DNA from: Gemmatimonadota bacterium | GTDB taxonomy: Bacteria; Gemmatimonadota; Gemmatimonadetes; Gemmatimonadales; GWC2-71-9 | DNA length: 33,949 nt | Direction of reading: 5' to 3' | Assembly: GCA_020346845.1 (NCBI GenBank) | Contig: CP070792.1 | Location: forward strand, 1 to 33,949 | Shown here: positions 8,940 to 17,095 of the stretch, one piece after another | Layout: each line of letters begins with the position of its first letter | Position numbering within the stretch: the first letter of the stretch is position 1 | Position numbers and translations under genes: made by a program | The notes under the pieces: model-generated | What the model was told of the DNA's origin: nothing | What the model saw: only the letters and a program-made list of their open reading frames with translations | Database searches by the model: none

Positions 8940-10331
8940 ATGTGCCACTTTCTTGGTTCGAGCGAACTCACTCGGCGTCAGTTCATCCACGGTGGGCTCA
9001 CCATGAGCGCCGCCGTGATGGGTGCGCTTCCGGATGGGCTCGAGGGCAGGACGAAGACATCCGCCGTCAACCAGAGCATGTCGAACATCGATGTGGCAAG
9101 AGCTACCAGCCGCTGGATTGAAGCTGCCAAGGCAACCACTGAAGATGGCATATTCTGGTTGGCCGATCCGATGGATCCGGACTCGGCGGGCATGAGCCTG
9201 TATCATGGTAGCTCGGGTGTAGTGCTGTTCCTGCTCGACCTGTATCGCGCAACGGATGAGAAGGCCTATCTGGATACTGCGTGTCAAGGTGCCGATGCAA
9301 TCATGGCTGTTCTGCGGGCCGAGACGGAGCTGCAGCCGGGTCTCTACACGGGTTTGGCAGGCATGGTCTTCTGCCTGGCGGAAGTGTACGCGGTGAGTGA
9401 TGATCCCAAGTATTTCTCTGGGGCAGTCGCAGGCTTGGACATGTTGCTTGGAGCCGCACGAACCGTCGGTGCAGGCATGGAGTGGAACGCTGTAACCGAC
9501 ATAGTCGGTGGTAGCAGCGGCATTGGACTGACACTGTTGAATCTCGCCGATACCGTGGGTGGGAGCGACTTGCTCGCTGTCGCGACCGCGGCAGGGCATC
9601 GGCTCGTGGAATTGGGTCTCCAGACCCCGAGTGGTCTGAAGTGGCCTATGTCGCCAGACTATCGGCGGCTGATGCCCAATTTCTCACACGGTACAGCCGG
9701 TGTGGCCTATTACCTCGCCACGCTGTACCAGAAGACCGGTGAGGAGCGATTTCTGGAAGCTGCTGTTGCTGGGGCTAGGTACCTGCAATCAATCGCATCG
9801 ACCGGAGACGGTGACGTCTGTCTGGTATTCCACAACGAGCCAGATGGTGAAGACCTTTTTTATCTCTCATGGTGTCACGGACCGGTAGGCACAGCGCGGC
9901 TGTTCTATCGCCTAGCGGATATCACGCAGGAAGATGAATGGTTGGTGTGGGCCAACATGTGTGCTCGCGGCATAATGCAGAGTGGGATTCCCGAAATCCG
10001 CACTGCTGGCTTCTGGAACAACGTCAGCCAATGTTGCGGCGATGCCGGAGTGGGTGAGTTCTTCAAGAGCATGTACCACGTTACTGGTGACCAGAGCTAC
10101 CGCGAGTTCCTGCAGAGAGTGAGGTACAGTCTGTTGAGCCGTGCTGTGGAAGACGCGTCGGGGATGAGATGGCCCCAAGCCGAACATCGTACACGACCAG
10201 GGCTGATTGCTGCGCAAACTGGCTACATGCAGGGGGCAGCCGGCGTAGGGGCATTTTTCCTTCATCTGGATGCCATGGAAACTGGTAGGAAACCGATTGT
10301 TGCTCTGCCCGATTCACCTTTTGCCGTTTGA
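8940..10331 (+). CDS. LanC-like (lanthionine synthetase C-like) protein with an N-terminal twin-arginine signal
   Basis: Seven Gly-rich repeats are readable: HGSSGVV, TGLAGMV, GGSSGIG, SHGTAGV, WCHGPVG, CCGDAGV and QGAAGVG. The N-terminus has a TRRQFIHGG motif plus a hydrophobic stretch. AGGAG lies 8 nt upstream of ATG 8940. Confidence 0.75.
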   Translation: MCHFLGSSELTRRQFIHGGLTMSAAVMGALPDGLEGRTKTSAVNQSMSNIDVARATSRWIEAAKATTEDGIFWLADPMDPDSAGMSLYHGSSGVVLFLLDLYRATDEKAYLDTACQGADAIMAVLRAETELQPGLYTGLAGMVFCLAEVYAVSDDPKYFSGAVAGLDMLLGAARTVGAGMEWNAVTDIVGGSSGIGLTLLNLADTVGGSDLLAVATAAGHRLVELGLQTPSGLKWPMSPDYRRLMPNFSHGTAGVAYYLATLYQKTGEERFLEAAVAGARYLQSIASTGDGDVCLVFHNEPDGEDLFYLSWCHGPVGTARLFYRLADITQEDEWLVWANMCARGIMQSGIPEIRTAGFWNNVSQCCGDAGVGEFFKSMYHVTGDQSYREFLQRVRYSLLSRAVEDASGMRWPQAEHRTRPGLIAAQTGYMQGAAGVGAFFLHLDAMETGRKPIVALPDSPFAV

Positions 10332-10464
10332 GAGCTGTTGGACATGATGAGATCGCGGTATTGACAACACTGTGGACGGGCGAAAGGTTAACGAGACCGG
10401 GCCAGTCAGGTCCGCGCCGGTCCATGACCGGCTGCTCGTTCAGCACCTACAGGAGCAGGGCAGC

Positions 10465-10686
10465 ATGAGCAACGGTAAGGTGAAGTGGTTCAATAGCGCC
10501 AAGGGCTTCGGCTTCATAGAACGTGAAGACGGAGACGACGTTTTTGTCCACTATACCGCAATCGATGGAAGTGGTTTCAGAACCTTGTCGGAGGGAGATC
10601 AGGTCGAGTTTGAAGTAGAGGAAGGCCCCAAGGGTCTCCACGCTGCGAACGTTCGGAAGGTAGAGGCCGAAGCCACTTCGGAATAG
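10465..10686 (+). CDS. Cold-shock protein (CspA family, single CSD)
   Basis: The protein starts [30 protein letters not shown], with RNP1 (KGFGFI) and RNP2 (VFVHY) motifs. AGGAG lies 9 nt upstream of ATG 10465. The longer ORF from 10372 adds a non-homologous extension. Confidence 0.9.
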   Translation: MSNGKVKWFNSAKGFGFIEREDGDDVFVHYTAIDGSGFRTLSEGDQVEFEVEEGPKGLHAANVRKVEAEATSE

Positions 10687-10715
10687 CCAGCAGCAACAAC
10701 TTTCTCATTGTTAAT

Positions 10716-10750
10716 GAATGCCGGCGCGTAGAGGTGCCGGCATTCGTTTC
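10716..10750 (+). terminator. Rho-independent-type terminator after the csp gene
   Basis: GAATGCCGGC-(10 nt loop)-GCCGGCATTC forms a perfect 10-bp stem followed by GTTTC. It lies 30 nt after the stop codon. Confidence 0.6.
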
Positions 10751-10781
10751 TGGTACACTGGACTGGCAAAGAGCCTTCCTG

Positions 10782-11165
10782 CTACTGCCTTATGATCTCA
10801 AATGTGACCGACCAATCTCCTGAGAAACTCCAGGGATCAGATCCCTCTGGCTCGACGATCGTGAGACCGGTTATCGCTGTGGTAATGCACTCTGCCAGGT
10901 TCTCGCTCCCCGTGCCATTAGTAGTGATTGCCGGTGTCAGCTTTCCGTCACTGCCGTTCAGTTCCAGGTCGACCACGCCCTCCGCATCGCGATCCCGCCT
11001 GAGCGCACGGACGTAGCAAGCTTCGAAAGTAGGGTCGAGTTGCCGCAACTGCAGGTACAGATACTCCGGATCGACCTGACCTGCCACAACGAGTTCTCCC
11101 AGTTCGACCTTTCCGTACTGCGCTCCTCCAGAACATGCTCCCGCGAATAGCAAACACATGAGCAT
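10782..11165 (-). CDS. Small lipoprotein, hypothetical (pattern reminiscent of AgmX/PglI or TonB-C-like domains)
   Basis: An internal ATG at 11165 gives MLMCLLFAGAC, which carries a lipobox. The full ORF to 11381 would overlap the tnaA 3' end in another frame. Spaced conserved Cys residues are present (EACYVRAL ... AECITTAI). No clear SD motif is visible. Confidence 0.5.
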   Translation of the reverse strand: MLMCLLFAGACSGGAQYGKVELGELVVAGQVDPEYLYLQLRQLDPTFEACYVRALRRDRDAEGVVDLELNGSDGKLTPAITTNGTGSENLAECITTAITGLTIVEPEGSDPWSFSGDWSVTFEIIRQ

Positions 11166-11194
11166 TGAGTGCAGGTGGCGTAATATTGGATGTT

Positions 11195-12535
11195 TCAATT
11201 CACCGGCTCCAGTCGCGCCGTGAAGTGTCTCAACACTGGCGCTTCGTAGGTGATCTTTAGACCGTGAATGGAATCGCGCTTCTCGAATAACGACTTGGAG
11301 GTAGCAACAACGTAGTCGAGGTGGCTCTTCGTATACACCCGTCTTGGGACGGCAAGGCGAACTAACTCCAGCTCTGGCCATTTACCTGCTGAGCCAAACA
11401 TGAGACCTCCAATTTCGACACCACGTATACCCCCTTCGAGGTATAGCGCACATGTAAGGGCCTGAGCAGGGAACAGTTCTTGTGGAATGTGCGGCAAGAA
11501 CCGACGAGCATCCAGATATACGGCGTGGCCTCCTACCGGCAACAGGATCGGGACGCCGGCATCGCAGAGCCCTTGTCCAAAATCGCGCACTTGGCCAATC
11601 CTGTGCGCGAGGTAACGCTCGTCCAGCACCTCCTCCAATCCCTGCGCCATAGCCTCCAGGTCGCGACCGGCCAAGCCTCCGTAAGTTGGGAATCCCTCGA
11701 TCAGGATGAGCATGTTGGTCACCTTCTCGGTCATCTCCTGATCGTTTAGCGCGACGAACCCGCCCATGTTCACTAGCCCATCCTTCTTCGCCGACATGGT
11801 GCAACCATCGGCCAAGTCAAAAAAGCGCCGCGCTATGGTGGGAATGTCTTCATCCAATCCGCTTCGCATCTTGCAGAAGTACGCGTTCTCGGCGAAGCGG
11901 CATGCATCGTAGAAGAAGGGAATGCGGTGTCGGCGACACCAGCTAGAAACCTGCTCGGCGTTGTCGAGGCTAACTGGTTGACCACCGCCAGAGTTGTTCG
12001 TGATGGTCAACAATACCAGGGGAATCCTCTCACGGCCGACCTTCGCGAGGACTTGGTCGAGCTTGTCCAGATCCATGTTGCCCTTGAAAGCAACTTCTGC
12101 CGTTGGATCGTATGCGTCGTCTATGACACAGTCGACCGCAACCCCACCGTTGTGCTCAACATTCGCCTTCGTGGTGTCGAAATGAATGTTGTTGGGAACG
12201 TGATCTCCGGGACGGACGCAATTGGAAAACAGTAGGTTTTCCGCAACACGACCCTGGTGCATTGGGATAACATGCTTGTAACCGGTGATCTGCTGTACCG
12301 TCTGCTCAAACCTGAAGTAGTTGCGACTTCCTGCGTAGGACTCGTCTCCCATCATCAAGGCAGCCCACTGACGGTCTGACATTGCTGAAGTACCGGAGTC
12401 GGTCAGCAGGTCGACGGTGATGAGTTCCGACGGGATGTTGAAGAGATTGTAGCCTGCCTCAACCAACGCGGCCTCACGCTCGGCGCGGCTCACGAACGGA
12501 ATCGGCTCAACTGCTTTGATCTTGAAGGGTTCCAT
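11195..12535 (-). CDS. tnaA: Tryptophanase (beta-eliminating lyase family, PLP-dependent)
   Basis: The 446-aa protein is colinear, from memory, with tryptophanase and tyrosine phenol-lyase (DLLTDSGTSAMSD, HQGR, PLP-Lys motif SAKKDGLVNMGG). It has FDTT (Asp) where TPL has FTTT (Thr124). It has LRHFTARL (His) where TPL has LRFFTARF (Phe448). Both positions favour tryptophanase. Confidence 0.8.
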   Translation of the reverse strand: MEPFKIKAVEPIPFVSRAEREAALVEAGYNLFNIPSELITVDLLTDSGTSAMSDRQWAALMMGDESYAGSRNYFRFEQTVQQITGYKHVIPMHQGRVAENLLFSNCVRPGDHVPNNIHFDTTKANVEHNGGVAVDCVIDDAYDPTAEVAFKGNMDLDKLDQVLAKVGRERIPLVLLTITNNSGGGQPVSLDNAEQVSSWCRRHRIPFFYDACRFAENAYFCKMRSGLDEDIPTIARRFFDLADGCTMSAKKDGLVNMGGFVALNDQEMTEKVTNMLILIEGFPTYGGLAGRDLEAMAQGLEEVLDERYLAHRIGQVRDFGQGLCDAGVPILLPVGGHAVYLDARRFLPHIPQELFPAQALTCALYLEGGIRGVEIGGLMFGSAGKWPELELVRLAVPRRVYTKSHLDYVVATSKSLFEKRDSIHGLKITYEAPVLRHFTARLEPVN

Positions 12536-12661
12536 GACACGAGAAGATATCTGCTTCAGTCCGATCCCGCAGGACTATCTGATGCTGGCGGTGTAGATGA
12601 GACGCGCTCGGATGACAGTGCAGACGGCCCGGCGAGAATCGAGTAGCTAACGGAGCGGCGC

Positions 12662-12692
12662 TTGACAATTGCCGGGGGCAAACGTCTATATT
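12662..12692 (+). promoter_or_regulatory. Candidate sigma70-type promoter for the dtxR-feoA/feoB operon
   Basis: A TTGACA lies at 12662-12667. Candidate -10 elements are TCTATA (17-nt spacer) or TATATT (19-nt spacer). This is predicted by eye only. Confidence 0.35.
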
Positions 12693-12709
12693 AGGGTTGC
12701 CTAACTTTG
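12691..12709 (+). promoter_or_regulatory. Candidate DtxR/IdeR-type operator (iron box)
   Basis: TTAGGGTTGCCTAACTTTG matches the 19-bp DtxR/IdeR consensus TTAGGTTAGSCTAACCTAA at 14 of 19 positions, counted by hand. It contains the inverted repeat TTAGG/CCTAA. It overlaps the putative -10 element just upstream of a DtxR-family gene. Confidence 0.45.
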
Positions 12710-12757
12710 TTGTGCGGCGGCTGTTCCTTTGTAAACCTTTGTTGGGGAACCACTTAA

Positions 12758-13795
12758 GTGATAGTCGATCCGGCAGTCGCATTGCTACTGTTCAGCCTCG
12801 GTACTGGTGCATTGCTGCTCTTGTTTTGGCCACGACGGGGTCTGGCGCTGCGAATCATGCGGCTGCTCCAGATGACCGAGCGAGTACGTCTAGAAGATGC
12901 CTTGAAGCACCTCTACAACTGCGAGTACGAGGAGCGAGTCGGCACGATAGACAGCCTTGCGGGTGCTCTCGAGATATCGCGGGCCCTTGCCGTCCGCCTG
13001 GTGGGGCGTCTTGAGGCGCTCGAACTGATCCGTTCTGACGGCCACGGCCTGCCGCTCACCGAGGCCGGTCGCGACTATGCGTTGCGGATCTTGCGGACCC
13101 ACCGATTGTGGGAACGCTACTTGGCAGACCGAACCAATGTCAGCCCGGCGGATTGGCATGATGAAGCGGAGCAGCGGGAGCACACGATGGCCCGCGCTGA
13201 GACGGAGGAACTCGCCGCGCGAATGGGGCACCCGGTCTACGACCCCCACGGAGATCCGATCCCGACGGCAGACGGTGAGCTGCCGCCAAGTTCCGGTGTC
13301 GCACTGACGGCAATGCAACCTGGAGAGACCGGAACCATAGTGCATCTGGAAGACGAACCACGGGAGGTTTTCGAGCAGTTGGTGGCGGCCGAGCTGGCCC
13401 CGCTCCAGCACGTTGAGCTGCTTGATGTGTCACCGGAACTGGTGAGGTTCTCGGTGGACGGAGTGGAGCACGAGCTGGAACCGGTAGCCGCGACCAATAT
13501 CACGGTGCTGCCCATGCCGAGAGCGGAGATCGGAGTGTGGCCGTCGGAGAAGCTATCCTTGCTGCCGGCCGGTGAATCCGCGACGGTCGTTCAGGTATCA
13601 CCCTCATGTCAGGGTCCCCAACGGCGCCGATTGCTGGACTTGGGCCTCGTGCCAGGAACCAGGATCACAGCAGAACTGGAGGGCGCGCTGAGCGATCCGG
13701 TTGCGTATCGCATTAGGGGCGCCTTGATCGCGCTGCGCAAGCAGCAAGCCGACATGGTTATTGTGACGAGATCGGCGGCGGACGATGGTGCCTAG
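12758..13795 (+). CDS. DtxR-family metal-dependent regulator fused to an extra FeoA domain, with a possible N-terminal TM segment
   Basis: The protein contains a DtxR HTH and dimerisation region (LEDALKHLY..., THRLWERYL, WHDEAEQREH metal-ligand pattern). Two SH3-like FeoA-type segments follow (GETGTIVHLED... and GESATVVQVSP...LLDLGLVPGT). A GTG start at 12758 adds the hydrophobic AVALLLFSLGTGALLLLFW. ATG 12857 or 12872 are alternative starts that would remove it. Confidence 0.75.
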   Translation: MIVDPAVALLLFSLGTGALLLLFWPRRGLALRIMRLLQMTERVRLEDALKHLYNCEYEERVGTIDSLAGALEISRALAVRLVGRLEALELIRSDGHGLPLTEAGRDYALRILRTHRLWERYLADRTNVSPADWHDEAEQREHTMARAETEELAARMGHPVYDPHGDPIPTADGELPPSSGVALTAMQPGETGTIVHLEDEPREVFEQLVAAELAPLQHVELLDVSPELVRFSVDGVEHELEPVAATNITVLPMPRAEIGVWPSEKLSLLPAGESATVVQVSPSCQGPQRRRLLDLGLVPGTRITAELEGALSDPVAYRIRGALIALRKQQADMVIVTRSAADDGA

Positions 13796-16046
13796 TATGA
13801 GTTCCGCGTCCGCCACGCAACCATGTGCTGGTTGCATTGCCGGCCGAGAAGCAAGCCTGGTCAAACTCGGTGTGAAGCTGGACCGGTGGGACTACTTGGT
13901 CACGTTGGCTGGCAACCCCAATACGGGGAAGAGCACGGTATTCAACGCCCTCACCGGTCTGCGGCAACATACGGGGAACTGGCCGGGCAAAACCGTGGCT
14001 CGTGCCGAAGGTGGATTCGATCTCGATGGCAAGCGCGTCAAGGTCATCGATCTGCCGGGGACGTACTCGCTCCAGGCCGGCAGCGCCGATGAAGAGGTAG
14101 CCCGTGACTTCATCCTGTTTGGTCAGCCGGATGTCACTATCGTTGTTGTCGATGCGACCCGTTTAGAACGGAATCTCAACCTCGTACTTCAGATACTAGA
14201 GATCACGGATAGGGTGGTCGTGTGCCTCAACCTCATGGATGAGGCGAAGCGGCACGGCGTCGCAATCGATGTTGGGCGACTCTCTGCATCTCTCGGCGTG
14301 CCAGTTGTCCCGACTGTGGCACGTCAGCACATTGGGATCTCAGAGCTTCTGGATGCGGTTAACGGGGTTGCGTCGGGCGAGACAACAACGACACCGTATC
14401 GCGCCCCCAGTCATCCGCCCGAGGTCGAGGCAGCCGTGTCCGCATTGTCCCAACCGATTGAGACCGCGTTTCCCGACCTACCTAACTCACGTTGGGTAGC
14501 ATTGCGACTGTTAAACGCCGATGCACGTGTTGAGGCCGCAGTGTTGTCGGGTGACTTGGGCGATCTGGCAGACGGAACCTTCGCCACCGACGCATCGGCC
14601 TCGGGCACTGATGCGGCTGTGGCCCATCTAGATGGGTTCGGGAGGATCTTGGACCAAGCGCAGGCACTACGATGGAAACTGAGTCCTGATTTCCACGACT
14701 CACTGGCCGAGAGCAACTACGCTACCGCGCAGCGAATTGCAAGCGATTGCGCTATCAAAGGAGTCAAGCGCGCCAAGTTCGATTTCGACAGGACTCTCGA
14801 CCGATTGCTGACCAGTAGGTGGTTTGGCTTCCCTCTGATGCTGTTGATTCTGGCGGTCGTGTTCTGGCTCACGATCGCCGGTGCCAACGTTCCCTCACAG
14901 CTTCTCGCAACGCTCTTGCTAGACACAGTACATCCGGCCTTGAAGACTGCATCAGGCGCTATGGGTCTACCTTGGTGGCTCGACGGCTTCATGATTGACG
15001 GTGTCTACCGCGCCACTGCCTGGGTTGTAAGCGTCATGCTGCCGCCAATGGCTATCTTCTTCCCGTTGTTCACGCTACTGGAGGATTTTGGTTATCTGCC
15101 ACGTGTGGCGTTCAATTTGGACAAGCTGTTCCAGAAAGCCGGAGCTCATGGGAAGCAAGCATTGACGATGTGCATGGGATTCGGCTGCAACGCGGCAGGT
15201 GTCGTTTCAACGCGGGTCATCGACAGCCCTCGAGAGCGTCTGATTGCCATCATCACGAACAACTTCTCGCTATGTAATGGGCGTTGGCCCACCCAGATAC
15301 TCATAGCAACGATCTTTGTTGGTGCACTAGTGCCTCCCCATGTCGCAGGCTTGGTATCAGCCACGGCAGTGGTCAGCGTTGCAGTGCTCGGGATCATTGC
15401 CATGTTCTTTGCGTCCTGGCTGCTCTCGCGCACTGTCCTGCGGGGAGAGGCCACGACATTCAGTCTGGAGCTTCCGCCATACCGCCCGCCACGTGTGTTG
15501 CAGACGCTTTACACGTCGCTCATAGATCGCACTGTGGTGGTGTTATGGCGCGCGGTGCTGTTTGCAATGCCGGCGGGAGCTGTGATATGGCTGATATCCA
15601 ACCTGTCGATCGGCGGCTCGAGCGTTGCAGAGCACGCCATCGCATGGCTCGATCCGCTGGGAATAATGTTGGGTCTCAATGGAGTGATCCTACTCGCCTA
15701 CGTGGTCGCGATTCCAGCAAATGAAATAGTGATCCCAACGGTGTTGATGTTGACCGTTCTGACACTGAACGTCACCGGCATGGGTGAGGGCGCAGGTGTG
15801 ATGTTCGAATCGGATTCAGTGAGCGACGTCAAGAGTCTGCTGCGTACCGCTGGGTGGACCACGCTGACCGGCCTGAATGTGATGCTGTTCAGTCTGCTGC
15901 ACAATCCGTGTTCCACCACCATATACACGATCTACCAGGAGACCAAGAGCGGGAGATGGACAGTGATAGCAACGTTGCTGCCGTTGTTGCTGGGCGCTGT
16001 GGTGTGTTTCTTGGTAGCACAAGTGTGGTGGCTGGTTACCGCATGA
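13785..16046 (+). CDS. feoB: Ferrous iron transporter FeoB
   Basis: The N-terminal G-domain has GNPNTGKSTVFNALTG and DLPGTYS. A polytopic membrane domain follows. The start is ATG 13785 (11-nt overlap with the upstream gene) or ATG 13797 (1 nt after its stop). Confidence 0.9.
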   Translation: MVPSMSSASATQPCAGCIAGREASLVKLGVKLDRWDYLVTLAGNPNTGKSTVFNALTGLRQHTGNWPGKTVARAEGGFDLDGKRVKVIDLPGTYSLQAGSADEEVARDFILFGQPDVTIVVVDATRLERNLNLVLQILEITDRVVVCLNLMDEAKRHGVAIDVGRLSASLGVPVVPTVARQHIGISELLDAVNGVASGETTTTPYRAPSHPPEVEAAVSALSQPIETAFPDLPNSRWVALRLLNADARVEAAVLSGDLGDLADGTFATDASASGTDAAVAHLDGFGRILDQAQALRWKLSPDFHDSLAESNYATAQRIASDCAIKGVKRAKFDFDRTLDRLLTSRWFGFPLMLLILAVVFWLTIAGANVPSQLLATLLLDTVHPALKTASGAMGLPWWLDGFMIDGVYRATAWVVSVMLPPMAIFFPLFTLLEDFGYLPRVAFNLDKLFQKAGAHGKQALTMCMGFGCNAAGVVSTRVIDSPRERLIAIITNNFSLCNGRWPTQILIATIFVGALVPPHVAGLVSATAVVSVAVLGIIAMFFASWLLSRTVLRGEATTFSLELPPYRPPRVLQTLYTSLIDRTVVVLWRAVLFAMPAGAVIWLISNLSIGGSSVAEHAIAWLDPLGIMLGLNGVILLAYVVAIPANEIVIPTVLMLTVLTLNVTGMGEGAGVMFESDSVSDVKSLLRTAGWTTLTGLNVMLFSLLHNPCSTTIYTIYQETKSGRWTVIATLLPLLLGAVVCFLVAQVWWLVTA

Positions 16047-16048
16047 TG

Positions 16049-16471
16049 TTACTGCTTTAGGCGTAGGTATTCGTACATCGACCTTGCCTCATCAGCGGTG
16101 ACTGCCATGTTCAACATCGGAGTCATGTATTCTGCTAGCAGCTGCTTGGCAATTGGGTCTGTCTCGATCATTGAGTCTGGGTCCATGATCATCGCTGCTA
16201 TCCAGCCGTACGCACGCCTGTCTGCAACACCTTCCAGGTCTGGCCCGGTGCGATTGCCTTCGCCGATCGTATGACATGCACCACAACCTTTCGATTGGAA
16301 TAGCTTCTCGCCCCTGGCGGCCAAGTCACTGTCGATCGGGCTGGTTGCGGACGGTGACGCGTGGCTGTCGGGGCTTGAGGCCGTGGCGGCTATTTCGTCA
16401 GCGATTTCACTCGTGCAAGCTCCTGCTGCTGCCACAGCGACCAGGAGCGTCAGCGGCCACGTGGCGTTCAT
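16049..16471 (-). CDS. Monohaem c-type cytochrome, probable lipoprotein
   Basis: The haem motif CGACH is present with Met-rich distal sequence. The signal peptide with lipobox is LLVAVAAAGAC. The gene is convergent with feoB with a 2-nt gap. Confidence 0.8.
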   Translation of the reverse strand: MNATWPLTLLVAVAAAGACTSEIADEIAATASSPDSHASPSATSPIDSDLAARGEKLFQSKGCGACHTIGEGNRTGPDLEGVADRRAYGWIAAMIMDPDSMIETDPIAKQLLAEYMTPMLNMAVTADEARSMYEYLRLKQ

Positions 16472-16536
16472 ATCAGTAGTGCCGGAGCGATTGAGGGAAC
16501 GTAACTTGAGGGTCTAGCGTGGCACCCAGGTGGACC

Positions 16537-16561
16537 GGTCCCGCGCAGGGTCCGCGGGACC
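16537..16561 (-). terminator. GC-rich hairpin after the upstream cytochrome c gene
   Basis: GGTCCCGCG-CAGGGTC-CGCGGGACC forms a perfect 9-bp stem 25 nt after the stop at 16586. There is no obvious U-tract. Confidence 0.35.
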
Positions 16562-16585
16562 GTATCCAGAGATCCGGGTTGTCAG

Positions 16586-16969
16586 CTACTTCGCGGGCTT
16601 GTTGCTCAGACTCCAGACATATGCCGCTACCGCCTTGACCTGATCGTCAGTCAGGGGTGGCCCGCCCTTAGGCGGCATGACCGCGCCCGCAGCGTTGGTG
16701 GCGCCCTTCATGATTGTGGCCAGGATAGAATCATAGGTACCGTCGGCGTGCGTCCATTCCTTGTCGGTCAGGTCCGCTCCGAGTCCAGGCATTCCCTTGG
16801 CGTCCTGGCCGTGGCAAGTGAAGCAGATCCCGGGACCCTTGAAGATGGTCTCACCCTCGGTGATCATCTGCTCGGTAACGCCTTCAGGTAGATCCTGAGC
16901 GGCGATTGCCGGAACTGCAAATACCAGCATGGCTGCAGCCAATACCAAGCGTGTTGTTGCAGACTTCAC
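16586..16969 (-). CDS. Monohaem c-type cytochrome (class I, periplasmic)
   Basis: The haem motif CFTCH is present and a Met ligand candidate lies in AVMPPKGG. I set the start at GTG 16969 because AGGAGG lies 7 nt upstream. That start gives the signal peptide VKSATTRLVLAAAMLVFAVPAIAA. Confidence 0.8.
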   Translation of the reverse strand: MKSATTRLVLAAAMLVFAVPAIAAQDLPEGVTEQMITEGETIFKGPGICFTCHGQDAKGMPGLGADLTDKEWTHADGTYDSILATIMKGATNAAGAVMPPKGGPPLTDDQVKAVAAYVWSLSNKPAK

Positions 16970-17095
16970 GTTATGTCCTCCTAATCTCACAAACTCGATT
17001 GGCTCATGGACCGACACGTTGAACGCCGGCGTCCACGAGTGGAGAGAGAACTTACCAAGTCCGGACAGCTCTGCGCTACCCTGCCTGCTTACGGC

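Noticed and set aside
8817-9599. A 260-aa minus-strand ORF overlapping the start of the LanC-like gene.
   Set aside because: It is antisense to the LanC repeats, and its His/Cys/Arg-rich sequence has no recognisable motifs. The LanC-like frame has an SD motif and family motifs.
11166-11804. The upstream part of ORF 10782..11381, and ORF 11382..11804, overlapping tnaA.
   Set aside because: They lie in alternative frames of the strongly homologous tryptophanase gene. The lipoprotein is better explained by the internal ATG 11165.
12536-12700. A possible tnaC-like leader peptide or attenuator upstream of tnaA.
   Set aside because: The minus-strand leader contains no ATG and I could find no Trp-containing mini-ORF. 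Only a weak 4-bp hairpin is present.
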